64,000 nucleotides of DNA from Gnetum montanum (taxonomy: Eukaryota; Plantae; Gnetophyta): positions 1-64,000 of the forward strand of contig MNCI01000135.1 in assembly GCA_015680685.1 (NCBI GenBank), written 5' to 3'. Shown one piece after another: positions 50,458 to 63,720 of this stretch (the stretch's first letter is position 1; each line of letters begins with the position of its first letter). Below the pieces are notes generated by a model. It saw nothing but the letters and a program-made list of their open reading frames with translations. It did not search any database and had not been told where the DNA came from. Made by a program: the position numbers and the translations under genes.

Positions 50458-53400
50458 AGTAACCTAAGTTTGATAATCCTTATCTTGTTCACCAATTCTT
50501 CTTATTATTTATAATCAAAGTTTAGTCTCTTAGAAGTCCAAATATCACCCATACATAAGCTTATTAAGGCCAATTCAAAAAAATACACCATTTCAATCTT
50601 TGAAAACTATGAAAATCAAACTTATTTTTTGCACTAGAAACCATGTCTAGTCTGTAATACTAATTGAAAAGATTTCAATGGTAGCAATTTCACGTTAATT
50701 AGACTTACAGTTTAAGAGATATCGAGGTTTGAAATTTCTTGTAAATTTTGTTTTAATAAAATTGAAACTTAAAACTATATAAAGTTAAAAATATATTTAA
50801 AATAAAAATATAACTTAATTTCAAAAGTTGGGTTCAAGAATTAAATCCATAACATTAAAACCTAGAAATCTAAGTCTCAAAGATCATTACACAAGCAATC
50901 AAGCTAAGTGTTCTATTTGTGATAAAGAGAGCACATCATAATAATGTATCACTTTTAAATTTTAAATTAAAAAATTAAAAAATAAATGAAAAATATTTTT
51001 TGTAGTCATGCTGATCGACAAGGATTGTGTTAACCCATGAAAGGGCCACAATGCCCTACAAGGAGTACACTATCTATAAAAGGGCCACGTAGCCCTCATG
51101 GTTGTGCCTTCACCTCCAAGCCTATGCTACAAGTTTGTCATTACACAATCGCCTCCAAACTTACACCACCAATTTTTTGTCATATTGTCATCCTTGTTTC
51201 TTGCCATCACCTTGCTTGCTATACTCTACTGCTACCCAATCTCCTTGTGCTCGTTGCTTACCCCTGGCCATCGCAACCTCCTTCTTCCTACCTCTTATTT
51301 ACGTTACCCACTTGGTATTTTTCTATGCAATCAAATCTGTCACTACCAACCATTGTCGTGTCATACCTACTTGCTAGCTCCAACTTCCCATGCCCTACCT
51401 TACTATCCTACACCTGCCTTCTACATTTTTCTTTCAATTTTCACCTTACCTACCCATCCCCCTTAAACCCTCATTGTGAAATCTACTAAGATTTGTGACA
51501 ATACACATCCATAGATACTATGAGCACCCCAAATTCATACTACCATATTTGCAGTAATAGTGATCTATGATGTTCACAGGCATCGTGACCAAGATAGATG
51601 CCTACTAAAAATGGGTAGCCAAATTTTTAAAAAGTCCATTAAATTTAAAAATTTCATCAATTGATGAAATAATTTTACTTTTGGGCCTAGGCAAGATAGA
51701 ACAAGTCTTAAATAATTATTACTTTGGACATTTAAATAAATCTAGGAATTTTCTCAGGTAGTTAGATGATTAAGCCTTAAGAGTTAATTCTAGAAAATGG
51801 AAGGTCATGTGTTTAAACCTTAGCTTCAAAATTTTAACTTTTAACACTTAATTTTATTAACATCAAATTTTAAATCATTTATATTTTTAGTAAAATCTTT
51901 TAAATGCCATAACTTTCCCTTAAAGGTCTACTTCTAGTAAATGAATGGTCATTTCTAGTAGATTTTGACCTTTTAGATGTAATGGAAAAGTTAGATTTGC
52001 TATATGGGATCTTAAAAATTAATTTCTAATTTGATCTTTTAAAATATTCCTTAAGATCCTCAAAAGCTTAATTTAGCATAACTCCAACTTTTGATGTCCA
52101 TATCTAATATATAAATAGTCATTTTTGATATTTTTTAGCATTGTAAATCCAATGGTGATGTCAGATTGATCATCTAGAAGATAATAATTCGAAAATAGTT
52201 TAAATCATATCTTAGTAGGTCATAACCTAGATCAACTAACCTAGCCTAGTAATCTAATGATTGATATTAACAAGTCTAACCAATTTTAGCCATCTTGGAT
52301 CTTACAAATAGGTAATTAAGCTATATGTATAGCTTGATGTAGGTAACCAACTCCTAGTGTGTCATTAGGTACATTGCCAAAGTCTGTGAAGATAGAAAGA
52401 TTATTATGAGTTAAAGAAATGTAGTCAATCATTAGTAACCTAATGAATCAAATAGTTGAAGAATTAGTTGGTAAACTAATACAATGAAGATTTATATTAA
52501 TCCAACCAAAAACTAGATCAATTTCGCAAAGATCGATAATCATGAAGAATCATAGCCTTACCCTGACAAGGTGTATGATACCCATGAGAGGAAATGAGCC
52601 AAGTGAGAATTTAGGAATAAGTATGAAGATAGTGGCATATAATGCACTTGCAAGGTTCCTTGCCAATAAAATACAATACCTGCTGTGTTTAGCTTAGGCC
52701 TTGGACTAGCATGAAGATTAATACTAATGCATCCTAGAAGAATTGCAAAACATGAATGTTTATGTTCTTTATTTACAAGAAGTCTTTCCATGGAAATTTT
52801 TATACCAATTCCAACATAATTTAGGAAAGTTGGCATATGAAGATGTCTACAAGTAAAAAGGTTCTTATGAAGGTTCTTTCTTTAAGCCATACAAACTAGC
52901 CTACTACAAGAACCACAAAATAAATGATTGTGCAATCTTCTACAAGGAGCTAAGTTCAAGCTAATATGAAGGTTCAAATAAATATTAGAAGAAATTATTT
53001 TAGAAATTTCAAAACTTCAAGTTATGGGAAAGAAAGAAAGATCAAATTTTTAAAGAAGCCACATAGCCTCGGTATTGGTACTTAAAATGAGATCATCAAG
53101 GAGATGTGTTTGTATGGTTAACATACATTTGATGGTTGACCTAATTTATTTAGACATCAAAATCTATCAAGTATCTTACTTAATTAACCAAATCAAGAAA
53201 TTATTAAAGTACAACTTATTACTACCTTACCCTATTCTCAATCTAGTCTCATTTATCCATTGTGAAGACTTCCATGTGATAGTCAAAANTTATCAACACT
53301 TACCTTAATCTCTAACTAATGAAAAAAGGTGAATTAATGATCTACCAACCACCAACCACCAACCACCAGTTCTTTCTAGGGTTACATAAAGTGCAACTCA

Positions 53401-55624
53401 TATGTCTAGTTATTGAAGTGAAGGTAGGGTAAATCCTTTTTTGCTATTTGTATTACTGAAAATATTTTACTTGTTAAATTTAAAATTATAAATTAAATAA
53501 TTAAGGAGGAATAGAAATAAGAGATGGAAGTAAGTATAAGTAAATCCCTAGTTTTAATCAACCTATGGGATCAACGGATGTATTCGTAATTCTGCTATAA
53601 GGAATATATGGTTAGATGGCCTTATTCAAGATGGTAGGGTTTGATATAGCACCTCAACTTCTTTCTTAGGAATTAACTACAATAGCATAGTAACTCAAAA
53701 TAATTAGATATTACATCAAATGTACTCTAAGATCTCAATGAAGAAGGTTGCTGATCCATCTTCAACAAATAATTGATAAACTATAACTCTTGATAAATAC
53801 TATTCATGAGCATCATTAGTTCTTAGATTATGGGACTCAAATTGTCCATTAAAGATTCAAAATAAATAGACTAAGCACTAGCCAATGGAACTGCATGATG
53901 AATGGATGAAAATGTCTTCTTCAAATTAGGTTCTTCTTCNGATCATTAATGTGGACTTGTTTGAGGATGAATGAAAGCTAAAGAAGTTAGTTTGTCATGT
54001 CTCCATCCGCAAATGTAGCCATTTTGTAACAAAGATGGTGTTGCTTTGTAACAAATAACATGATTATTATAATAAAACCTAAAAGGACACATTGTAATAA
54101 TAAGCATGTCTATTTAGGTGATCTCTGAGGATTTGATCTAAGCTATTTATAGACCAAAACTTTAGGTTTTACCAGCATAGAGTTATAGAGTTGGTAAAGA
54201 TGAGTAACAGGTATTAGATAAAGTAAAATAGAAAGGTGACTAGTCATTCCTTCTAATTAGATACAAGCCTAATTATGGTGGCAATGCTAAATTACCTCTA
54301 AGGAGTAAATATTAGAGAAAGATAATCCTAAGGAACACTCAAAGCATGACCTAGATACATTATTCCCACATCAATAAACTTTTCTTTTTATTCCTTCTAC
54401 ACTTTTCCTATTACATTCATTACACATAATGTCAAATGTTATATATATTTGATATTTTTCTTGACATTTGGAAATGAGATGTCACATATAGGTTATAGCA
54501 ATGTTAAGCTAACAAATAGAAAAATCATGTAACTAGCTATGGAATTAAAATGTTAAGCAAAGTAAAATTTAAACAATAAATCAGAGAGATTAAGAATCAT
54601 TAAGATAAGTAAGTAGAAGGTTAAAATCAAAACTATGAACATGATTAAGCAACAAGTTAATAAATTAAAAATTCTAAGAAAAACAATTGATATCTTAAAC
54701 AATAATTTAGAGGTATGCATGGATTAAGAATCAATTTCAAGAACAAAGGAGATATTAAAGATGAAGGATAAAAAGGATGAAGATTTAAACATAAGACCTT
54801 AGAATCAAGAAAATAAACAAAATAAAAAAAAGTTAAAAGATTTCAACAAGATAGAGATGCTTAGTCATGAATCATCATCTAGTTTTATCCTTTTAGTAAC
54901 AAAATCATGGGCATAACACTATCAGTTTAGACAAGTTTCTATAGAGAATGTATTTTACATCTCCTCATTTTTTGCCACTGAGCTTTAAAATGAGCTCTCT
55001 TAGGTGGTTTCCTCTCATTTGATTTAATTCCTCATGAAGAGCTACTCAGGCTTTTACTTGAAGTTGTCCACAGGTTTTCAACCTCAATATTGCTAGTGCT
55101 TCTAGATCTTGACTATGTTACTACCTTAGCCTCTCACTTGCATTTATTACATCTTGCCTTCTTGATCAAATCAAAAGAATCTAATGAAGAGGTTGAGAAG
55201 GTCATTATTACTCTTAGGACCCATCAATAATTAGTAGCATAATCGATTCTTCCTCTTTGATGTTTGATGTGCATCACAAGCCTTGACCTTGGCACTCCCT
55301 CTGATTAATTTTTCTAGAAATTATTTCAGCCCTCTAAGCCCCTTCCTAAGTAACTAGTTCCTTCTTAGTTTATTAATCTTGAGGCTAGAGAAACCTTAAA
55401 CATGTAGGTTCTAAGCATGCTAAGGTCCATTTATTTTTATACTAAAGCTTCTTCAAAGAGTTCATACTCTCAATGGAAGAAGTGTTGCTTTCCATCATTC
55501 TCTTCCTATGGGAGGAATGGGCCTAGCATTTTTGTTTCTCTACTCTAGAGATTCCCTATGCTTCCCCTTGACATTTATAGCCCACTATGGTGACGACCGA
55601 TTTCTAGTTCCTTCTACAAGACCT

Positions 55625-56471
55625 AATGGATATCCTTTATGACAACCACCTAAATAGTCACGTGCCACCTCATAGTAAGGATCCATGAACTTCCAAAAAA
55701 ATCCTGATATGAAGGTCACAATTAATGATAGATGTAGACCTAATGGGTATGAAAATTATCACCCATGTACATCAAACCCTCCTATTAGTTTTTGTCTATC
55801 AATTCTTTTTATGGTGTCTCTACTAGGTTTGTATTTTGTTGCCATATTATCTGTGTTCCATTAGAAGAAAGCTATTTTTTGTCAATGATTATAAAATCCT
55901 CCATAGTTTCATATCTAAGTATGTTGAAATTTTAATTCCCTTTGTTGGATCCAAATCATTTTTTGTAACTTGATCCTCTGTGAGATACACATGTCTAAAT
56001 GTCTAATTTTGTACTTTTTGGTCTTTTATCATGCATGGCCCAATGGGTGTCCTTTCTAACAACTACCTAAGCAATCATGTGCTACCTCCTAACAAGAAAC
56101 CCTTGAACTTCAACTGAATCATTGAATGGTAGTTTTAATTAGGTGGAATAATTAAAGATGTATACTTGATGTCTATGACAACTATCATCCATGTACATCA
56201 AACCCTCTTGGCAATTTTTGTTAATTGGTCATTTTTAAGAATGGGTTTTGGGATGTTCTTGGTAGGTTTTTATTTTGTTATTGCAATGTCTATGTTACTC
56301 TTGGGAAAGGATAATTTTTATTAGTGTTTGCCAAATCCTTAATAGTTGCATGTCTAAGTGTGTTTAAAGTTTAATGCCCCTTGATGGATCCCAATCATTT
56401 TTTGTAACTTGGTTCTTTAAGAGATACGTACATCTACATGTTTAATTTTTTACTTTTTGCTCTTTTATCAT
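55625..56471. repeat. Diverged ~410-430 bp tandem duplication
   Basis: 55625-56031 and 56041-56471 share blocks such as CCATGTACATCAAACCCTC, GGATCC.AATCATTTTTTGTAACTTG and TACTTTTTG.TCTTTTATCAT. Confidence 0.8.
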
Positions 56472-56768
56472 TAAAATATCATTATTATCACATTCCCCTC
56501 AAAAATTGGTAAGATAACTTTCTTTTTATTATGAAATTAATAATAATTGTTTTTGCTACTGTTATTTCATAAAAATAAGAATAGTTGATGGATAAAGCAT
56601 TAATTGTAAAATTTTTTACTAATTTGAAATTATGATTACTAATTTATTAATTTTGATATTTAAAAGTTAACAAGTTGGATATTATTAGGAATTGAACTCA
56701 TGATCTCATAAATAAAAATTTTTAATGAAAGTCATTATGTCTTTTTCTAGTTTACATGATTTTAGAGG

Positions 56769-56920
56769 TGTTAGAACCTAAAATATGTGAAATATACATA
56801 CACCCCAAGATATATAGTCCACATAGAACTTTATTACTCAACATCACCCACTAGAATTAAACCCATGACTTTGAGTTTCCAAATCAATAGTCTTACCACT
56901 ATGCTAACGCCTCATTGTTA
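56769..56920 (-). repeat. tRNA-like (A/B box) dispersed repeat, copy 1
   Basis: Minus strand TAGCATAGTGG (A box) ... GGTTTAATTCT (B-box-like). Homologous to 62197-62339. Confidence 0.6.
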
Positions 56921-57699
56921 TTTTACAAGATTTTGGTTTTGAATGACCACCATTTTTCATGAATCTCTATGCCTCCATCTCCATTCATATTATTGGGATG
57001 TAGCTTAATCTTTTTGAATTCTATTATTTTTCTATCTAGATAATGTTCCATCTTGGATAAGACTATGTATTTCTTTAGTTGTCATGTATATTTAGTTTCA
57101 TCTATTAAGAAATTATTAACATGATCTACCAATAGGGATTCTCAAAGCTATTATGTTTAATATCTCCTTCATGTTCTTTTCGTCTAGTATCAATGCTTCT
57201 TCCACTTTTCCTAATGTATACTTTCCCACAAAAACATTTTAGAGAGGGGGAGGAGGATGTGACAAGTGGAATGTTAGATCCCTATAATAATAATAATTAT
57301 TCTAAGTACATTAGATTAAAGAAGAGTCTAAAGCAAAGGCCTATTAGTTTTGAGGATGTATTTTTAGATTTTCATCCTTATAACCAATCTTGAAAACCCT
57401 CCCCTATGGGATAGGAAAAGAATCATGCATTACCCTTGTTCAAAAGTACTATTATGGGTTTTCACTTCTTACTGAAGGATTTCTTATAAATAGAAGGAGA
57501 AAACTTTCTATAAAGATAAAGGAATACATCAATTAAAAATAAGGAATAAATAGTGACAAAAGCTAAAGGCTTTCCATCCTTAATCATCCAAGACAAAAAG
57601 AAAATAATATTCTAGAAAATAAATTAATTTTTCAACTTTCATTAGAACCTTTTTTTTGTTTAAACTTCTAGCTGAAATGTGGTATCTTTAAGAATATGA

Positions 57700-59400
57700 T
57701 ATTTAACTCATGAAGAAAGATCATAATTATACTCTTGCTATTGGAAATTGATTGCATACCAGAGCTTCCAAATAGAGTAGAGAACAAGCTATCAAAGACA
57801 CTTCCAAATGCAGAGAAAGAAAGTAGACAAATCAATTTGATCACTAAGAATGATTTCATTGATGCTTGGTTAAGTTATCACAAATTATGGATGTCCATTT
57901 CTAAGCATGCTATGCACCATGAAACTCATAAAAACATAAGATAAATAGTCTTTACTTCCACAAAGAGGACATTAAGAAGAAACAATTCTCATATGTTTAA
58001 GACAAATGTTAATAGGAAGACTTTGATGACTAAGAAACCATAAAAACATATGAATTTTTGAAAAGGTCAAAGCTTTCCAAGTATTTTTCATTTTCATCAT
58101 CCAAAAGTACAATGATAATTGCCTATTCTAGATCTTATTGAATTTGTTATGAATAAAATCATTATTTGGAATAATCTTGTATGCAACTTTGAAATTAAAA
58201 ATAGATACAGATCTACCATCCTTCCAAAAAATATTTGAAAAAGCCTAATGCAAACTATTATTAACTTCAAATAAGTTTTCGAGATCAAAATTTAATTTTT
58301 CAAAATCTATTTTTCTCTTTTTATTCAAACCATAGAAGCTACAAGCCTTCTTCCATTTCATCCATATTTCATGCATATTTTGATAGGTTACTAAAGTAAT
58401 ACCAAACTTGCTATAAGTGGTACATAATCTAGATGAACTAGTAGCCCAAGTTCTTTCATTAAAAGAAAGCCACTATGAGCTAGTTTACTTAAACATATCT
58501 CCTTAAACTATAATATGATTATAATTCTAATACTTACTAAGCTTGCACTATGTCTTCCAAACATGTTTAAGAACTAAAGAACCAAGGATAGAAATGGCCT
58601 CAAGAAAAAGAAGACAATGAAGAAAGTTATTAAATGACCAACTATTATCATTTTTAAGTTTTCTTGACATACGTTTATTTCTTAAAATGAGCATTCAAAC
58701 ATCATCTCTATCAATTTAATTTGCAATCCATTTTTCTTTAAGAGAAATACCCTAGTTATAACAACTAATAAGGCCATGTCCTTCATCTTTTTTGCTACTA
58801 TTGCAAATATTCCAAGCAAATCTAGAAAATCCTTTTCTATGTTTCTTAGTAGACCAAAGAAATTGACAAATAATATGATCAATTCTAGTACCTTTGTAAT
58901 CAAGACTTTCTAGGAACACCAATTTATAATTTTTATTCAATGGATTGTAATATGGTTTTAATAATCTCTTTTCTTAATAATATTCCTAGTTTATTAAAAT
59001 TGCCTATATGGTAAGTTAATATTACTATTATCTCTTTATAATTTTCTTTATTCTTAATAAAATCTTCATATGGTTCTTTATCATCAATATAATAGTTTAG
59101 AAATTTTTGCCTTTTAGTATGCTAGTTGTTAATGTTATCATTTTGAGCCTTTTTAATGATTTTAAAGTTATAACCATTTAATCTACAAACATGATTGAGA
59201 TGTTTAGGTTCTTCTTTTAAGGTTTTCATATTACAAACTTTAAGGGCTCTAAACATTAAGATTCTTAAAACTCCAATCTTCTAAGCAAAGGAAAGGTTGG
59301 AATTAGCATCCAAGTATCTATCTATATGAGTTTTCTTCCTAGAGATTCCACAAGAGCTTTTTGAATTATTATTATTATTCATAATCTTAGTAACATTAAC
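57700..59400 (-). mobile_element. Highly decayed LINE (L1-like) ORF2 remnant
   Basis: IICQFLWSTKKHRKGFSRFAWNICNSSKKDEGHGLI matches the post-RT motif FLW...VAW..IC..KxEGGLG. A YYIDD-like RT remnant lies near 59080. Confidence 0.65.
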
Positions 59401-59495
59401 ATCTAAGAAAGAAAGAAGTTATTATGTTCTATTTTAATAGTAGATGAAAATTTATAATTAATAGAATTTAGTTATATATGAAATTTATTTAATTT

Positions 59496-59670
59496 AAGAA
59501 TTACCACTTAGAGTGATGATAAGGTGTTTATTTCTCAACTCATAAGACCTAGGTTTGAGCTTAGATGCATCCACTCAAAAGAGATTAGGCTTTTGTTCAT
59601 CCATTGTCCCTTTGAGGACCTTGCCTTGGTGAGATGAAAATTAAGCCTTTGGATAATGATCCTTTTTATA
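59496..59670 (+). mobile_element. tRNA-derived SINE
   Basis: About 175 bp with a decayed A box, B-box-like GACCTAGGTTTGAG and a T-rich tail CCTTTTT. Flanked by a 15-bp TSD AAATTTATTTAATTT / AAATTTATTTAGTTT. Confidence 0.72.
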
Positions 59671-59783
59671 AAATTTATTTAGTTTGTCTTCACTGTATTA
59701 CCAAATGCATTCTATATCATCAACATATCTAATCCAATTCCTTGGCTTTAATTTGTATGAATTTCAAGCTTTATGTTCAAAGT

Positions 59784-60961
59784 TGATGAGTGGCAAGGTA
59801 CCCCTACACTCAACCATACGAAACAAGCGTAGCACGCGCGATCCAGTCGAACTCCGCAGACTAAGTGCCTACACACCCCATGGAACACTTAGGGTTAATC
59901 ATTCGTTGTCTTCCCAGACTTACTTGTAGTTGTCACGATGTATGGTTAAGTAAGTCCGAGGTATATTATTTTTTTGTTTTATCTCCTATGCTATCGAGGT
60001 GAAGGGTTGAAGAAACTAACTAACTCTAACTAATGAACTAAGTCTAAATTACCTAGCGTCAGCATCCGTTCCCACTTACCGTACACACCCTGAACCGATG
60101 CAACCGTGGCTACCAAACGCTAATCATTGCTGGGATCACCACGTGTAACGCATGTGCTCGAAGTGGTCGTACTGAGGCACTAACTAGGAGGAAAGGGTTG
60201 AGAAAGCTAATCTAGCCTAATTGTAATGAGCAACTGATTCCTTGATTATCCATACACATCTTGGTGCATGACTACCACTGGGATTACCAAGCGTAGATCC
60301 TAGATACACCACTGGGTTACCAAGTAGTCACACTGAGATGCTCGTAATCAAGTCATACTCATTCTGTGTTGCGATGAGCATCTGTTCCTTGACTATCTGT
60401 ACACATCCTGATGCACGACTACCACTGGGATTACCAAGCATAGATCCTAGATATGCTAGTGGGTTACCAAGTAGTCACACTGAGATGCTCGTAATCAAGT
60501 CATACACATTCCGCGTTGCGATGAGCATCCGTCCCTTGACTATCCGTACACATCCTTAGATGCTCGTAATCAAGTTGTACTCATTCCGCATTACTAAGAG
60601 AAAGCAATAAATAATAATAAATAAAATCCTATTCCATGCACTACAAGTTTTATCTAGGAAGTTCATCTTTATTTCCGTACACAACTTGTGTTCAGGTACA
60701 ATGTTGCTCGAATAAAGATCCGTTCACTTTAGGACTCCTACTGCAGGCACATGGAAAATATTCTATCTCTAGAGTGATCAATCTACCAGAGTTTCCCTAC
60801 TTCTAGCCTAGGATGAGGAAACAAGAGAGAGCCGCCTCTTATTTATAGACTTGGCAGTGGGCCACGATATCATGTACGCAATATCGCATAGGATGCGATA
60901 TCGCAATGGCCGAGATATCATGTACGCAATACCGCGGCCTATGCGATATCGTGTCTCATCA
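59784..60961 (-). mobile_element. Young solo LTR (Athila-related), inserted in an RT
   Basis: Termini TGATGAG...CTCATCA; TSD AAAGT/AAATT. The left end resembles the reverse complement of the Athila LTR end at ~40740-40804. CpGs are retained. Confidence 0.85.
60226..60556. repeat. ~147-148 bp tandem repeat inside the solo LTR (2 full units plus a partial)
   Basis: ATGAGCA starts at 60226, 60374 and 60521 with near-identical units. Confidence 0.88.
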
Positions 60962-62185
60962 AAATTCTTCCATGTATAGATTGGCTATAATAGGAGATGT
61001 TTTAATTTTTCTTTTAATATTTTCTTATTTGTGGATGAGGAAAAAGATAAGAAATATTTAAGGATTATATTATAGATCCTAAGGAAGCACCAATTGTTTG
61101 CATATTCCTCAAACTATGCATTCTAGAAGAAAGGGATTTAGTTTTTTGGATACATATTAGAAATAGGTATAGTGGTGGACTCATCTAAAGTCTTAGTCAT
61201 GATTGGCTTGTTCCAATAATAGTTAATATAGTGAGAAGCTTCTAGGTTGGCTAGCTACTACAGAAGATTTATGAAAGATTTCTTTGAGATAACACCTCCC
61301 TTCAATAAGTCTCTAAAAAAATATTGTACTTTTGCTTAAAGCTATGCTTGTAAGATAACTTTTAATAAGCTAGAAAAGAGATGAACCTCAATACAAATTT
61401 TTATATCTTCTACTTGTAGAAATTTTATGATGTGTACATAGAAGCTTCTAGTAAAGGTTATGGATATTTTCTAAAGCAACAAAATAAGGGGGTAGGTCAC
61501 ACATCTAGATAGTTAAGACTTCATGAGACTAAGTATCCAACTCATGATCTTGAACTTGCTACCATAGTATTTTCTCTCAAGATTTGGAGGCACTATTTCT
61601 ATGGTGAACAAATTACTTTATGGGAGAACCATAAGATCTCACAGTATACAATGAGTCAACCTTAGTTAAATATGAAACGAAGAATATGGATTGAGTTATT
61701 AGCAAATTTTGACTTCTCAATCTAGTACCATCCAAGCAAAAGGAATATAGTTGTAGATTCTCTAAGTAGGATAACTAGGAAACTCTACAATCTCCCTATC
61801 TTACCTAACCTAAAGGATGAGATTCTTTCTCAAAAAATCTCAAATTCTTAGCACCATGATAAAGTATCATCTTTATTCAAGGAATATTGGTTAGTTTTTC
61901 TTAGTAAATAGCTTAGGTTTATTGAACTTTAAAGAAAGGACTTATGTTTTAGAGATAGTTCATCGAAGACTTTTAGAAGAAGCACATTTGAGTAAGTATT
62001 AGATGCATTTGGGTACTGACAAGATGTACTAAAATATTAAAAGCACTATTAGTGACTTAACATAAAGAAAAATGTAAGTGAATTTTTAGGTAAGAGTTTG
62101 ATATGTCAAAAAGTCAAGGTAGAACATCAAAAACCTAGTGGGTATTTATATTCACATCGCATTCTAGAATGGAAGTAGGAAGTAA
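60962..62185 (+). mobile_element. Chromovirus (Tekay-like) RT-RNase H-integrase N-terminus, truncated
   Basis: ILRKHQLFA, LASYYRRF, KYPTHDLELATIVFSLKIWRHYFYG, NIVVDSLSR, CQKVKVEHQKPSG, ILEWK*EVI. An LYEF remnant at ~59750 lies left of the solo LTR. Confidence 0.88.
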
Positions 62186-62196
62186 TTGTTAAGGGG

Positions 62197-62339
62197 TGTT
62201 GGAACTTGAAATAATTGAAACATAGGTACACCCCAAGATTTATAGAAGTTTATAACTTAGTGCTACCTAGTAGAATTGAACATGTAAACTAGGGTTACCA
62301 GGCAAAAACTCGTACCACTTGGCTAACTCCTCATTGTTA
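62197..62339 (-). repeat. tRNA-like (A/B box) dispersed repeat, copy 2
   Basis: Minus strand TAGCCAAGTGG ... TGTTCAATTCT. On the plus strand it starts AAGGGG|TGTTGG. Confidence 0.6.
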
Positions 62340-62849
62340 AGATGTTAGAGTTAAGACATTGCACATTCCACATCCATCATCATATACATTATAATAGTGC
62401 TTGATGCATGCATATGTGGCAATGGCCCCACTAATTCCTAGTTGGGTGGCCCATATAGTAGAAACAATAAATTCTATCTATAAAAGATGCTTTCAAATTT
62501 TGACAATGTGCAAAATAATTAAATAGAGGTAAAGTTTTTGCATTTTTTGATATGGAAGAAATTTTATTTAAAATTTGGCTACTTTGACTATTTTTTCAAC
62601 CTTATTTAAAATCAATTAGACATGTGCAATGAAGATTAGACAATGAGCCTATAAGCAAAGCTTGTTACATCACTATTCCAAAAAAGCCATCAAAAGGGAA
62701 GACAAAAGAAGACATGAAAAAAAATGATCAAATATTATTTGAAGAAACTATAAATAAACAAAGATCTAGCTCTTCATAGAGGCAAATGGTGAAGAAAATA
62801 GCTAAGTTGTTGGTTATGCAAGGAGGCTCTTCCATTTCTCCTAAGCTAG

Positions 62850-63720
62850 TTTTTTAAGTGATCCTATAAGCTCTCTTATTCTCATACCAGTTCTATCTAA
62901 ATGGGTTTCATTACCAACCTTTACGAAGTATAATTGTGAAATAGGGGATCCTAAGAACCATGTGGTTACATTCAGAAATGAATGCATGCTTCTTGCTTCT
63001 TGCTTCTTATCCTCACATTGTGCTAAGGTGTTTCTCCTTTGTAGCTATTAAACAAACTCCAAATAAACCCATTGATAAGTTCATTTCTTGATGAATAGAA
63101 ATGTTAACTAACCTACCTTACTTTTGGAGAAATGTTATTTACAAGACATCTTCAAGGCCATAGTGATTGACTATATCAAAAAAGGATGCTTTATCCTAAG
63201 CTCCATTCTATGAATGATGCTTTCCTAGCTATAAGGAATATTGAGGAATTCATCATTCAATAGAGTAACTAGGAATTCTTATCAATCCATAATAAAGCTA
63301 ACAAGGTTGTAAAACAAAATAAGGGACAACCAACATCCCAAGATGTTTCTTCTTTTTCTAAGGGACAAAGTAACATTACTTTAGTTGCTCCTTCTCTAAC
63401 TTAGTAATGTAGGCCTCAAAGGAATAGAGATCAATATACCTAGATAGCCATGAGGTATTCTCTACTTCTTAATAACCTTGTTAGGGACAAACGCCTTAAG
63501 AGAAATGAAGTTTGTGATAACATAAGAGCACATTATCACTATATTCAACTCATAGCAATGGATCCTTCTCAAAGATAAGAAGGCAACCCTAAGGTACCTA
63601 AGTGTATGATCATTGAAAGTACTACTATTATCATGAGAGCAGCAATCATGACATAGTTAACTATAGAAATTTAAAGGATGACATCCAAGATCTCATAGAT
63701 AAGGATAAATAAGAGTGCAA
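62850..63720 (+). mobile_element. Gypsy gag remnant related to the 7590-10090 element
   Basis: DPISSLI..LPTFTKYNCEIGDPKNHVVTF and YYYYHESSNHDI..NLKDDIQDLID parallel the gag motifs at ~9050-10060. Confidence 0.72.

Noticed and set aside
51037-51489. Three overlapping ORFs up to 150 aa
   Set aside because: C/T-rich stop-poor sequence with no recognisable domain; likely TE non-coding DNA.
51755-51830. tRNA gene
   Set aside because: Only very decayed A/B-box-like motifs and no cloverleaf; at most a SINE relic.
52300-55600. Possible gene or TE coding remnants
   Set aside because: No recognisable motifs were found on either strand; left unannotated.
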